Part shown: in pieces, positions 1 through 8,742 of the stretch
Layout of the letters: each line of letters begins with the position of its first letter
How positions within the stretch are numbered: the stretch's first letter is position 1
Virus record (IMG/VR): IMGVR_UViG_3300038393_001228
Span: 1-42,601 of that record
Reading direction: 5' to 3' (one strand)
DNA length: 42,601 nucleotides
DNA from: a virus
Lineage: Duplodnaviria; Caudoviricetes
Made by a program: the position numbers and the translations under genes
Notes under the pieces: model-generated
What the model was told of the DNA's origin: nothing
The model's input: the letters and a program-made list of their open reading frames with translations, nothing else
Database searches by the model: none

Positions 1-275
1 GAGTTTTGGTCGAAGCCGCTCGCTAGTAGGGCCGTTCTGGAGTTGGTCCCCCCGCTCCGTTGCTCCGGCCATGAACGCGGGCGGCTAGCTTGTTCAGCGC
101 TTCTGACATCGTCCCGATCGCTACGGCTCTATCGGGGAACTGGCATATGTCCGGATGATAGGCGAGCTTGTGCAGCTCGGCTCGGATGGGTCCGAAATCG
201 GGCATTGACGGTCTCCGATGTTCTGGTATTGTTCTCGGGCGTAGGGTCGTGCGACTCTGAGCCAGTGATGCGGCC

Positions 276-1361
276 CTACGCAGCCAGCATTTCCGGGCAG
301 ACGGTGACGCGCCCGACTTGGCCGAACCGCTTGTGATAGGTGATCGACTGGGCGGCTCGCTCGGCAATCCATCCGCCGCGCGCTGTATAAGCGTCTCGGG
401 CGGCCAGCGTGGGATGCTGGATCACGGTAGCCCCGTTGTATTCTTTCTCATCCGTATGGTGCCGGTGGCCGCAATGTAGATAGGCCCGCGTCGTCTGCCC
501 CCATTCGGCCCGGAACTGAGCCGCGAATAGCAAGGGTAGCGCTTCGTTCTTGACCTTGTGGCCGTGGTGGAAGCCGAGGAACGTATCGCCCCAAAGGAAC
601 GTGTAGAACGGCAGCGCGGACGTATCGACAGTGGCCCGTGGCTCACCCTCATATAACGCTGAAAACATCTGCCGCAGCCATACCGAGCCGGACTCGTCGT
701 GGTTGCCCTCGGCGATAATCAACCGCACTTGGTCATGCCGTTCGAGGGCGAAGCTGACGAGCTGGCGAATGGCCCTAATGGCGACGGCAACGATCTTCGG
801 ATAACGGCTGTCCGCGTCGAGGATATGTCCGTGCGCCGGCGTGGCCGGGATCAGTCCGTCCGTATGCAGGAGGTCGCCTTGGAGGTTGATGACGGCGGTG
901 TGGGCTCGCGGAGATTGCGTGACCATCGCCCGGAAGCCGTCAACCAGCGTTCGCTCGGCGATCTTCAAATCCCAGTCGGCTCCACCCTCTTCGCGCCAGG
1001 CCAAACAGCCTAGGTGATAGTCGGTAAAGGTGTAGAGGTTGCACAATTCGCTCTGAGAGGCCCGTGGAGGGGTCACAGAAGCGATCCGAGGCAGTTTGGC
1101 ACTCATCGCCGCATAGGCGGCCTCGCGGGCCTCCTCGGCCTTCTGACGGTCTAGCGACTCTTTCTCCCAAACCAGCACATCTTCGCCGGTCTGTAGGTTC
1201 TTCAGTGTCGAGCGCCCGGTGACAATGAACGGGCTGCGGATTTCACGGTAGGACGCCCAGCCCTTGAGCGTGCTGACTGCTACTCCTAGTTCGTCGGCTG
1301 TCCGTTGGGCGTTGCGGTTGTTCCGTTCGTAAACGGGGCGCAGTTGGTCGGCTGAGAGCAC
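276..1361 (-). CDS. Calcineurin-like metallophosphoesterase with N-terminal HTH-like segment
   Basis: Motifs DYHLG, GDLLH, EGNHD, FHHGH and CGHRHH occur in the canonical metallophosphoesterase order. Confidence 0.8.
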   Translation of the reverse strand: MLSADQLRPVYERNNRNAQRTADELGVAVSTLKGWASYREIRSPFIVTGRSTLKNLQTGEDVLVWEKESLDRQKAEEAREAAYAAMSAKLPRIASVTPPRASQSELCNLYTFTDYHLGCLAWREEGGADWDLKIAERTLVDGFRAMVTQSPRAHTAVINLQGDLLHTDGLIPATPAHGHILDADSRYPKIVAVAIRAIRQLVSFALERHDQVRLIIAEGNHDESGSVWLRQMFSALYEGEPRATVDTSALPFYTFLWGDTFLGFHHGHKVKNEALPLLFAAQFRAEWGQTTRAYLHCGHRHHTDEKEYNGATVIQHPTLAARDAYTARGGWIAERAAQSITYHKRFGQVGRVTVCPEMLAA

Positions 1362-1456
1362 ACGGAGTCCTCCGATAGTTTCGCCAGTAGTTCGGTCATT
1401 TCGTCGGGGATTGGTTCGAACAGCGGCTCGCTGTAGAGCTCGCGAAGTGTCTTCAC
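1286..1456 (-). CDS. NepR-like anti-sigma factor mimic (small protein)
   Basis: The GTG start overlaps the upstream stop (GTGA). LRELYSEPLFEPIPDEMTELLAKL resembles the NepR core LRxxYxxxxxEPxPDxxxxLLxxL. Confidence 0.6.
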   Translation of the reverse strand: MKTLRELYSEPLFEPIPDEMTELLAKLSEDSVCSQPTNCAPFTNGTTATPNGQPTN

Positions 1457-1731
1457 TGGAGCAGCATCCTGCCGAGCGCGACCGCCGCAGCGCCTACAGG
1501 CGTTCCGACCAGCGCCCAGGCAAGCCGTCCGCCAAGCGCCAAGCCCCGGCGTTCCCCGCCTCGCTCCGCCTCGCGTTTCTCGATTCCGCTGATGCGCTCG
1601 CCATGGGAATTGAGCCGCCCGTCGATCGCTGAAAATCGCTGGTCGTGCTGATCGTGGCGGAGATTGGAGAGGTCTAGCTTCCCCTCCATCCGGGTCAGCT
1701 TGACGAGAACGCTTTCGTTTTCGTCGCTCAT
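1453..1731 (-). CDS. Coiled-coil protein with C-terminal TM helix (holin/XhlA-like candidate)
   Basis: MSDENESVLVKLTRMEGKLD... with a hydrophobic C-terminus. Lies after the tail fibre genes. Confidence 0.5.
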   Translation of the reverse strand: MSDENESVLVKLTRMEGKLDLSNLRHDQHDQRFSAIDGRLNSHGERISGIEKREAERGGERRGLALGGRLAWALVGTPVGAAAVALGRMLLQ

Positions 1732-1819
1732 TGATCCACCCTGATACGCATGGGTTACTCCTCGCTCTTTCGCTTGTGCGACTTGCGCCAGACGCCGCAT
1801 AGGGCGTAACATTGGAGGG

Positions 1820-1978
1820 ATGCTGTTGAAGGCCGTTATCGCCTATGCTGGGTTCCTCGCGATTGGCGGCTTTGTCATGATTGCGGATGACCGGCTGAAG
1901 TTCGAACCACGGCGACTGTTGGCGATCGCGATAATCCCGGCGATAATGGGCGCGGTCCTGATAACCCTGCTTCCCTAG
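1820..1978 (+). CDS. Small two-TM membrane protein, antisense to the late operon
   Basis: MLLKAVIAYAGFLAIGGFVMIADDRLKFEPRRLLAIAIIPAIMGAVLITLLP (52 aa, below the ORF-track cutoff) fills the intergenic gap. Confidence 0.5.
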   Translation: MLLKAVIAYAGFLAIGGFVMIADDRLKFEPRRLLAIAIIPAIMGAVLITLLP

Positions 1979-2688
1979 AAGCCGGTTTGCGCCCAATAGG
2001 AGACCGTCAGCACCGGAATGTCCGTCGCGTGCCCCAGCCACACAGCCGGGCCAATCCGATCCGGCGCGGTCGTTAGATAGGTAGTCTGAGAAATCGATTG
2101 GAGGGCCTTGAAGTTTTTCCCATCGCCGCTTCGGTAGAAATTCAAGGTCGTTCCCACCCGAGAAATCTTTAGCCAGGCATCGAAGACAGCGGGCCCGAAG
2201 ACGAACTTGGCATCGCTGGTATAGGTGCCTCCGATCGTCTGGCGCCTGATTTGGTGATTGGTCTCGGCCTCGAACAAAAGCATGCAGTGCGCTTTGCCCG
2301 TGGCGCTTTCGTAAAGGATCAGGCCTCCGGCTTGGTTGTTGTTTGGGAGCGACGTGAGTTGAACCCTGGTGGTCACGCTGAAATCTGTGCCCACCGCTGG
2401 AAGTGACTTATAGCCGCCCCTGATGATCGCCGAGGCGCTGGCAGAGCCGGTTGTGACCACCAAGCCGACATCAGTGTCGTCTGTAAGCGTGGCGCTGTTG
2501 CCGTCGCCGCTGAAGAGAGTGAAGTCTGAGGCATGCGGGGGACTGAATCCGAAGGGCGCGCCGATATACGTTTTGATAGCCGAGGCTGCTACGCGGCGTG
2601 AGTTGCCGGACCCGTTCTCAATCTCAAATAGGTCCGTTGCCGAAACCGTGCTCGACGATGTGAGGTCGCTGATCTTCTTGTCGGCCAC
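1975..2688 (-). CDS. Tail fibre/receptor-binding protein with lectin (ConA-like) beta-sandwich
   Basis: N-terminus MADKKISDL is typical of fibre proteins. WLKISRVGTTLNFYRSGDG resembles ConA/glycoside-hydrolase C-terminal folds. Confidence 0.55.
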   Translation of the reverse strand: MADKKISDLTSSSTVSATDLFEIENGSGNSRRVAASAIKTYIGAPFGFSPPHASDFTLFSGDGNSATLTDDTDVGLVVTTGSASASAIIRGGYKSLPAVGTDFSVTTRVQLTSLPNNNQAGGLILYESATGKAHCMLLFEAETNHQIRRQTIGGTYTSDAKFVFGPAVFDAWLKISRVGTTLNFYRSGDGKNFKALQSISQTTYLTTAPDRIGPAVWLGHATDIPVLTVSYWAQTGF

Positions 2689-2846
2689 TTACAAGGTCTC
2701 CTGGGTTTTGCGGCGGTTTCCTGCTTCGTCGCCCGCAAGGACACGTTGGTCTGTTCCGCTTTGCATGTCGCCGGCGGGCTTGCGGATGTTGGTGACGATC
2801 GACCCGCTAGGAGGCTGCTGGAGCAGGGTTGAGATCGGGAAAGGGA

Positions 2847-3581
2847 TCACGAGAATGCTTTGGCTAGGTTGCAAAGGATGCGGCCTGATGCCGTGACCAC
2901 GTAGGAGATGCAGTCGATCGCCCCAGCCGTGGTTGAGAGCGTCGGAGAGCCGCCAGGGAACTTCCAATTACTACCGTACGCCATCGTCCTGGAGCCGGTG
3001 CCGTCCTGTGTAATCTCGATGATGCCGGATTGCCCGACCTTGAAGTTGGACGGATTGGCGAGGGTGGCGTTGTGAGCCAGCGTCAACGAGAAGTTGAAGC
3101 CATTATTGCCGTCAGGAGTAACGGTCGTTCCGCTAGTCAGCGCTTGTGGCGCCGCCGCCGCGTATATCTTGGCCGGTGAGACGTATGTGGAAGTTGAACT
3201 CCCAGCCCATATTTGCGAGCTGGTGGCCTCAGCGGCGCCAGCGCTCACCGCGCCCCAAGCTGAACCGTCGTATTCATAAACCAGGTTCTCGTCCTGGAGG
3301 TAGCACCGCGTACCCTCGATCGGCGTGACGAATGCCCATGCGGTATTCAGGTAGAAGGCGAGCTTCTTCGCCTTCCCCGCCCAAGCGCCAGTCGGACTCG
3401 CCGCCACAATGTAGCAATCGCCATCGGCCGGAGAGCCGGGAGGCGCGGTGAGATCCTTGTCCTTTGCGATGAAGTAGGACGCGCCCTGTTCTAGATAACG
3501 GTTCTCTTCGTTGACGGTTGTTTCGGGCACGGCTTGGCCGGCCGCAAGCTCGGTAAATCCGAGCCTCGGTGATGCGGTCAT
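2847..3581 (-). CDS. DUF2793-type tail fibre protein
   Basis: TSPRLGF...GQA...TVNE...PPGSPADGDCYIVAASPTGAWAG...W.F.TP.EG signature. Confidence 0.8.
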   Translation of the reverse strand: MTASPRLGFTELAAGQAVPETTVNEENRYLEQGASYFIAKDKDLTAPPGSPADGDCYIVAASPTGAWAGKAKKLAFYLNTAWAFVTPIEGTRCYLQDENLVYEYDGSAWGAVSAGAAEATSSQIWAGSSTSTYVSPAKIYAAAAPQALTSGTTVTPDGNNGFNFSLTLAHNATLANPSNFKVGQSGIIEITQDGTGSRTMAYGSNWKFPGGSPTLSTTAGAIDCISYVVTASGRILCNLAKAFS

Positions 3582-3592
3582 TAAGCGTCCTT

Positions 3593-6500
3593 TTAGGCTG
3601 CTAGGGCGAAGCCGCGACCGGCAGTGTCGCTCATCTGATAGACGTTGAACGTCGGTAGGGCCGGGAGAGTGATCCCGTCCGCCGTCGCCATCGCCGAGGT
3701 ATAAGTGAACGTGTTGGTGTCGCTTACCGTGATCGTCCGCTTGAGCGTGGAGCCGTTGTAAACGTCCACCTCATACTCTTCCGAGTTTTCCGAAAGCGGA
3801 ATGGTCGAGCCGCCGTTCCACGCGCCACCAACCCGAGTCCGGCGAGTGATCGTGCATTGCAGGTCGGTTCCGTCATAATACATCTTCAAACTCGCCGGGG
3901 CGTAGGGCTTCAGCGTGTTTCCGTCGTAAGTCAGGTCAATGGTCGTTGCACCGTCAACGTTGCGGCCGGGTGATTGGGCTTTGAACGACATATCGTTGCC
4001 GATTTCGTCGGTACCGATTTCGGTCGGTATTGCGGCGGAGAGGACAAGGAACTGATCCCCATCGGCATGATTGCCGACATTGCCCTCTGTCCCCCGGCGT
4101 CCGCGCTTGAGGCCGGACAGCGTATAGACATTCGCCTCACCCGCCGTTCCCGTCAGGGTGGCGGTGGTGAACTGGATATATTCCCAGCGATCATCGTCAC
4201 CCAGGGCGCAAAGGTTGAGCATCGTGTCCGCGTCAATCTCGGCTTCAGTGGCGTTGGTGAGGGTCCCGTAAACCTGGACCTCGACCGTATTCCCGCGATC
4301 CCACAGGTTGGGATTGGCCGATGCAAGAGCCTCGGTCGCAATCCCCCAGGTCGCATCGCCAGTGGACTCTACGTAGCCGTAAAGGTCGTCATAGGTGCCG
4401 TCATCACCGCGATAGATCGCAGCCCCCGCCCAGCTCGCCGTGTAGCCGCCGGCCGCGTAGTATAGGATCGGGTTCACGTCATTGTCCGCATCCTGAATTA
4501 GCGGGGCATCCAGGATGAAGCCCTTGGTCGGCCCCGGAATGTAGATGGTCTCGGGGTCGCGCCCGTCCATCGTCGCTCCGGCCCGGCCATTGAGCAGCGA
4601 TAGCGTGATTTCGTCCCTGACCCACTCGCATTCCAGCGCGTTGGGCGTGATTGTCAATTTGTCGAGGCGGACGTTGCGCGTAACCCCGTCGAGGTCCAGC
4701 GTCTTAACGTCACCCGGCTCTAGCGCCAAGGCTTGATGAGTCAGGGCGTTCTTCGGGCGCTCGCGGCTGTTCCACAGGCGGCGCAGCATTCGGTCGCCCT
4801 TTTGTTGGGCGCCGTCTGGCGTATCGACGTAAGTCGAGAGGTCGATTGTCTCCTCGCGGCGCGAATCTGCTGCTAATTGCGGACGCTGCGAAATTGCCGT
4901 GTTGGTCTGTTGGTCCTTGCCCTCGTCCGCGAAGTTGAACGTCAGCCTTAGCGGAATGTCGGTGTCCTGTTGGACCATGACCGAATAGCGATCGGGATTC
5001 CTGACAAAGTCGTCTGTGAGCAAGGTTCCTGACGAAGCGGACCCGCGATTCAGGAATTGGACGCTGAAGTCGTGCGGCCTTGCATCCACATCATGTATAT
5101 CCAGGAGCGGAGCGAGCATGTCCTTGCCCGAACCCTGCGTCACCGAATAGCCGATGACTGTCTGTGTTAGGGCCGACGAATCCTGACCGCTTAGCCCGCA
5201 CCAGTCCGATACATCGTCAACCACATCACGAAGCTGGACGCCGCTTGAGTCGATGCGATCTAGATAGCGCCACGTTACTTCGTTAGTGCCAAATTCGTGT
5301 GTAACCAGGGCATGATTTACGATGTCGTAAGAGCCCCCGGTCATCGACTGGGTTACCCAGTCCAACGGATTGACGGTGCGGATGATTTCCAAGGTCTGCG
5401 TATTGATCTCAGTGAAACCAATCCACATCGTCACCGCGCCCGGCATCACAGCATTAAAGGCGGGGCCGACGTATGCCTGAGGAACGCTCATCGCTACCGG
5501 CCCAGCCAAAACAGTGGCCGGGTCCTCGGCGTCGAGCAGATAAATATTATCGGCCTGCCAAATGAGAATCCCGCCATTCCCGTTGTACATTCCGAACGCG
5601 GGCCCGCCGGCAGTCGCAACGGAACCAATGGGTGCAAATTGATTGGGAATCAGCCGAGCGACAGTGAGATTGTCTTCGGAGATTGCATCGACGCCGCAAG
5701 CCCAAACAGACGCTCCCGGCGGCCCTTCAAAAAAGTAAGTCGGCGCGAAGCTCGTTGTAATCGGCGTAACGGTCGCATTTCCGTAAAGGCCGTAATATGT
5801 ATCGTTAGTAGTGGCCGGATAAAGCAGGAGACTTCCTGCCACATACCGAAGGCCGGTTCCATAGGTGCCGAAGCCGAGCGGGGTTAGATTGGCTGCGCCG
5901 CCGCCGTCCGCAGCATATCCCCACAAATACTCAGTGACACCGCCGGTCTTTGAAAAAACATGCCCCGGCCCCGCTGCGATCCCATCGGTGGGCGCGATCG
6001 ACTTTGCGGCGATGACCGTCCTGGTCGGCACATCCCATACGTAAAGGACATTGCCGTCCTCTTGGTACATAAGCGTGCGATCAGGACTGAATACACCATT
6101 GATTCCTGAGCCCCCACCACCCTTGATTTCATAGGGAAAGTTATTGGTTTCGTTGTGGATCGCCTCGACCGAAATCTGGGGGATGCGATTCCCAAACTTC
6201 TCCAGTGGCACTTCTTCGAATACGATATACGCCGACCCGGTATAGGCCGGGCACGTTCCCGCCCCGTAGCGGTCTTCGCACCAATCCTCGATGCGGGGAT
6301 CGGGCGTCGTCTGCGTGCCGTCATAGACGCGGTAATTCTTGCCGGGCTGAAGCTTGACGCCATCACGGTTCCCGAACAGCGCCCCAATCGAAATCGGTCC
6401 GACCGAAGTCAGGTCGTAAACGAGGTGCTTATCCAACCAGATGCGGGAGACTGAATCTATCTCGTGATCGCAAATCAGGACGGCCCAAGTCCCGTAATAC

Positions 6501-6739
6501 TTATACTCCTGGAACTTGCCGCCCTTGGTCTTCGATGTGACCTTTTTCTCGCGAAGATGCTCCGCCCAGATGATCTGCGGCTGAATGCGGCGCTTGCCCC
6601 AGAAGCGGGGGATTGGCGTTCCGTAGTCCGCCAGCGCAACCGAAAGGTCATCAAGGCGCGGGCCCTTGATCTTCCGCGACATGGCGAGGGCCGTTTGAGC
6701 CGCCATCAACGCCACGGTCACGACCAGCTTGGGGATCAT
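3593..6739 (-). CDS. GTA-like tail tip / host-specificity (central fibre) protein
   Basis: YGTPIPRFWG, PAYTGSAYIVFEEVPLEKFGNRIPQ and C-terminal LSGLKRGRRGTE...RRTRVGG motifs. Start placed at the ATGA overlap with the NlpC/P60 gene. Confidence 0.85.
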   Translation of the reverse strand: MIPKLVVTVALMAAQTALAMSRKIKGPRLDDLSVALADYGTPIPRFWGKRRIQPQIIWAEHLREKKVTSKTKGGKFQEYKYYGTWAVLICDHEIDSVSRIWLDKHLVYDLTSVGPISIGALFGNRDGVKLQPGKNYRVYDGTQTTPDPRIEDWCEDRYGAGTCPAYTGSAYIVFEEVPLEKFGNRIPQISVEAIHNETNNFPYEIKGGGGSGINGVFSPDRTLMYQEDGNVLYVWDVPTRTVIAAKSIAPTDGIAAGPGHVFSKTGGVTEYLWGYAADGGGAANLTPLGFGTYGTGLRYVAGSLLLYPATTNDTYYGLYGNATVTPITTSFAPTYFFEGPPGASVWACGVDAISEDNLTVARLIPNQFAPIGSVATAGGPAFGMYNGNGGILIWQADNIYLLDAEDPATVLAGPVAMSVPQAYVGPAFNAVMPGAVTMWIGFTEINTQTLEIIRTVNPLDWVTQSMTGGSYDIVNHALVTHEFGTNEVTWRYLDRIDSSGVQLRDVVDDVSDWCGLSGQDSSALTQTVIGYSVTQGSGKDMLAPLLDIHDVDARPHDFSVQFLNRGSASSGTLLTDDFVRNPDRYSVMVQQDTDIPLRLTFNFADEGKDQQTNTAISQRPQLAADSRREETIDLSTYVDTPDGAQQKGDRMLRRLWNSRERPKNALTHQALALEPGDVKTLDLDGVTRNVRLDKLTITPNALECEWVRDEITLSLLNGRAGATMDGRDPETIYIPGPTKGFILDAPLIQDADNDVNPILYYAAGGYTASWAGAAIYRGDDGTYDDLYGYVESTGDATWGIATEALASANPNLWDRGNTVEVQVYGTLTNATEAEIDADTMLNLCALGDDDRWEYIQFTTATLTGTAGEANVYTLSGLKRGRRGTEGNVGNHADGDQFLVLSAAIPTEIGTDEIGNDMSFKAQSPGRNVDGATTIDLTYDGNTLKPYAPASLKMYYDGTDLQCTITRRTRVGGAWNGGSTIPLSENSEEYEVDVYNGSTLKRTITVSDTNTFTYTSAMATADGITLPALPTFNVYQMSDTAGRGFALAA

Positions 6740-7161
6740 TTCCATCTCCAAACTGAGTCGAGGGGGAACTTGTGAAACAGGACACAAAGGGGCCGGCAGC
6801 GGACGCCGCTACTGGGAAGAGCGCTCCATGCCCGATCGTCCCCGGCGTAGATCGCAATATGCCCCGGCTTGCCGTCCCAGTTGCACAGCAGAATATCGCC
6901 GGGCTTCAGCTTTTTCACTTGGCGAAAGAGCTTGGCAAGGCCTTCCCGCAAGCGATCTGCGGGAACGCCGTCCCGCTTCGTCAGGCTGTAATCCAGCGCC
7001 AGCGCATATTCGCTATCCGCCTCAGGAAAGCCGAGCTGTTCGGCCACGCCCCACAGCAGCCCCTTGCAATCACAGCCAGCCCCCTTGGCCTTGGCGTGCG
7101 GATGGAACGGCGTTCCATCCCAACCCTGCAATGCCTCCGCGACCAAATCGCCTCTAGCCAT
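6736..7161 (-). CDS. NlpC/P60 tail-associated peptidase
   Basis: WDGTPF...GCDCKGL...PGDILL...HIAIY catalytic Cys/His motifs. Confidence 0.9.
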   Translation of the reverse strand: MARGDLVAEALQGWDGTPFHPHAKAKGAGCDCKGLLWGVAEQLGFPEADSEYALALDYSLTKRDGVPADRLREGLAKLFRQVKKLKPGDILLCNWDGKPGHIAIYAGDDRAWSALPSSGVRCRPLCVLFHKFPLDSVWRWK

Positions 7162-8041
7162 TGCCCTGTCCTGGGAAGGCGGTCTTGAGAACCTGATCCG
7201 ACCCCGGAACTTCGGGATAGCCGCCGAACTGGACTACGTTGTTATAGGTCTTGCACGTCGGCACACCGACAACCGAGGACAGCCGCAGCTTCGAGCAGCC
7301 GTTGCGAACGGTGAACGTGTCGCCAATCGCAGGCTCTTCGGCCAACGGTGAGAACAGGACAATCGCCCCCAGCGAAGTCCAGTCCTCGATTTCGACCGTT
7401 GTTCCGGCATTCACCCCGGTCAGGCCGATAACCGTTCCCATGTTGAAGAAGTCGTCAGCATAGGAGCCGGAGAACGAAACGATGAAGTGCATCGCATCGT
7501 TGACCGCCGTGACCGTCCCCGTAATCTCCGTGGCCGTCGCGGTGCAATTCACCCCGTCAGCGAAGTCTTTCCAGCATTGGTTCGTAATGACCCGCCCAAC
7601 CGTCTGATTGTAGCGGTCGATGTCCGATCGGATTTCGAGCGTGAACTTGCCGCCCTCGATCCGCGCCTCGCGAACGTCGCCGGCCATGAGCTTGATCGCA
7701 CCAGCCGACAGATCGCGCCAGTTGACCTGGAACAGGCGGGCGCGGGCGTTATTGAACTTGCCACCCAGCAGTCCAGCTATTGTGAAGTCGTCGTTGACCG
7801 GGCCGGTGACTTCGTAATTATCCGCGTCCAGCCCGCACGACAGCGCGACGTTAGAGGTGAAAATGCCCGTGTCTGACTGATATGTTTTCGCGCCATCGCC
7901 GATGTCGAATACGAGGTCGCTGTCGTGGTCGGTGATGCCGACGCTCGTCCCGTCCGCAAGGTCGAGCAGGAGCATGTTGCAGCGGGTGTGCGAGCGTCCG
8001 GCGAGGTGAGAAGTTAGGCTGGCGGATAGCGTCCGGGCCAT
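7154..8041 (-). CDS. DUF2163 baseplate hub protein
   Basis: GITDHDSDL, FQVNWRD and C-terminal GCSK...CK.YNNVVQFGGYPEVPGSD. Confidence 0.85.
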   Translation of the reverse strand: MARTLSASLTSHLAGRSHTRCNMLLLDLADGTSVGITDHDSDLVFDIGDGAKTYQSDTGIFTSNVALSCGLDADNYEVTGPVNDDFTIAGLLGGKFNNARARLFQVNWRDLSAGAIKLMAGDVREARIEGGKFTLEIRSDIDRYNQTVGRVITNQCWKDFADGVNCTATATEITGTVTAVNDAMHFIVSFSGSYADDFFNMGTVIGLTGVNAGTTVEIEDWTSLGAIVLFSPLAEEPAIGDTFTVRNGCSKLRLSSVVGVPTCKTYNNVVQFGGYPEVPGSDQVLKTAFPGQGNG

Positions 8042-8075
8042 TCACTTCTCCTCGAAAGTATGCTACTCAGCGGCT

Positions 8076-8378
8076 ATGACTGATCGCGGAACAAGCTATA
8101 TCGGTTACGATGATGTGCCGCTGGAGCGGTTCGAGAACTTCACCCTCCCGCCGATGCCGGCAAAGGATGTCGTCCTGCTGCTCGCTGGCATTTCGCCTTG
8201 GGACTATTCGCGGATTGATCTGCCGCCCGATGTGGCAGCCGAAGTGCGGAAACTGCTCGTTGATGGCATGATGCCTGAGAACCCGAAGGCTGAGAGGGCG
8301 GAAATCGAGGCATTTGTGGATGGCGCGGTTGCCGATGTCCGCGCCACCATCACTCCCCCAGCACCTCTTTCAGCGTGA
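8076..8378 (+). CDS. Hypothetical moron-like gene inserted antisense in the tail module
   Basis: A 100-aa ORF fills the gap between the distal tail and hub genes on the opposite strand. Confidence 0.55.
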   Translation: MTDRGTSYIGYDDVPLERFENFTLPPMPAKDVVLLLAGISPWDYSRIDLPPDVAAEVRKLLVDGMMPENPKAERAEIEAFVDGAVADVRATITPPAPLSA

Positions 8379-8742
8379 ACGTGTCGATGTGCCGCAAATG
8401 CGCCGCAGGGGCGGTGATTTGTAGCGGGCTGTCGAAGCGAACCTTGACCAACTCCCCAGCGATGAAATCGTAGAACTGGAAAGTGTCCAGCCCCCGGTTC
8501 GTGTCGGCCCACATGCGAGTGACGGAATCGTAATTGGTCGTATCGCCGGCCGTAATCCCTAGTGCCGAATTGCCCACATTGGTCGTGGCAATGGAGATTT
8601 CCCAGCGCCGCGCCTCGTTCGAAGCGCGCAGGTTGCGAACCTCTTTCCCGCCGTCCGTGGTGACGATTTCCAGCGAGTCCTGATTGTGAACCCTAACCGC
8701 GCCGATTTCGATGTTCCGGGTGAGCTGCGTGGCGAGGTGCAT
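8350..8742 (-). CDS. Distal tail protein (DUF2460-like, short)
   Basis: TGATG-coupled to the tape measure gene. Motifs IVTTDGGKEVRN and VKVRFD. Confidence 0.65.
   Translation of the reverse strand: MHLATQLTRNIEIGAVRVHNQDSLEIVTTDGGKEVRNLRASNEARRWEISIATTNVGNSALGITAGDTTNYDSVTRMWADTNRGLDTFQFYDFIAGELVKVRFDSPLQITAPAAHLRHIDTFTLKEVLGE

Noticed and set aside
1286-2041. 251-aa ORF as a single gene
   Set aside because: It overlaps three better ORFs. Only the last 56 codons (NepR-like) look coding.
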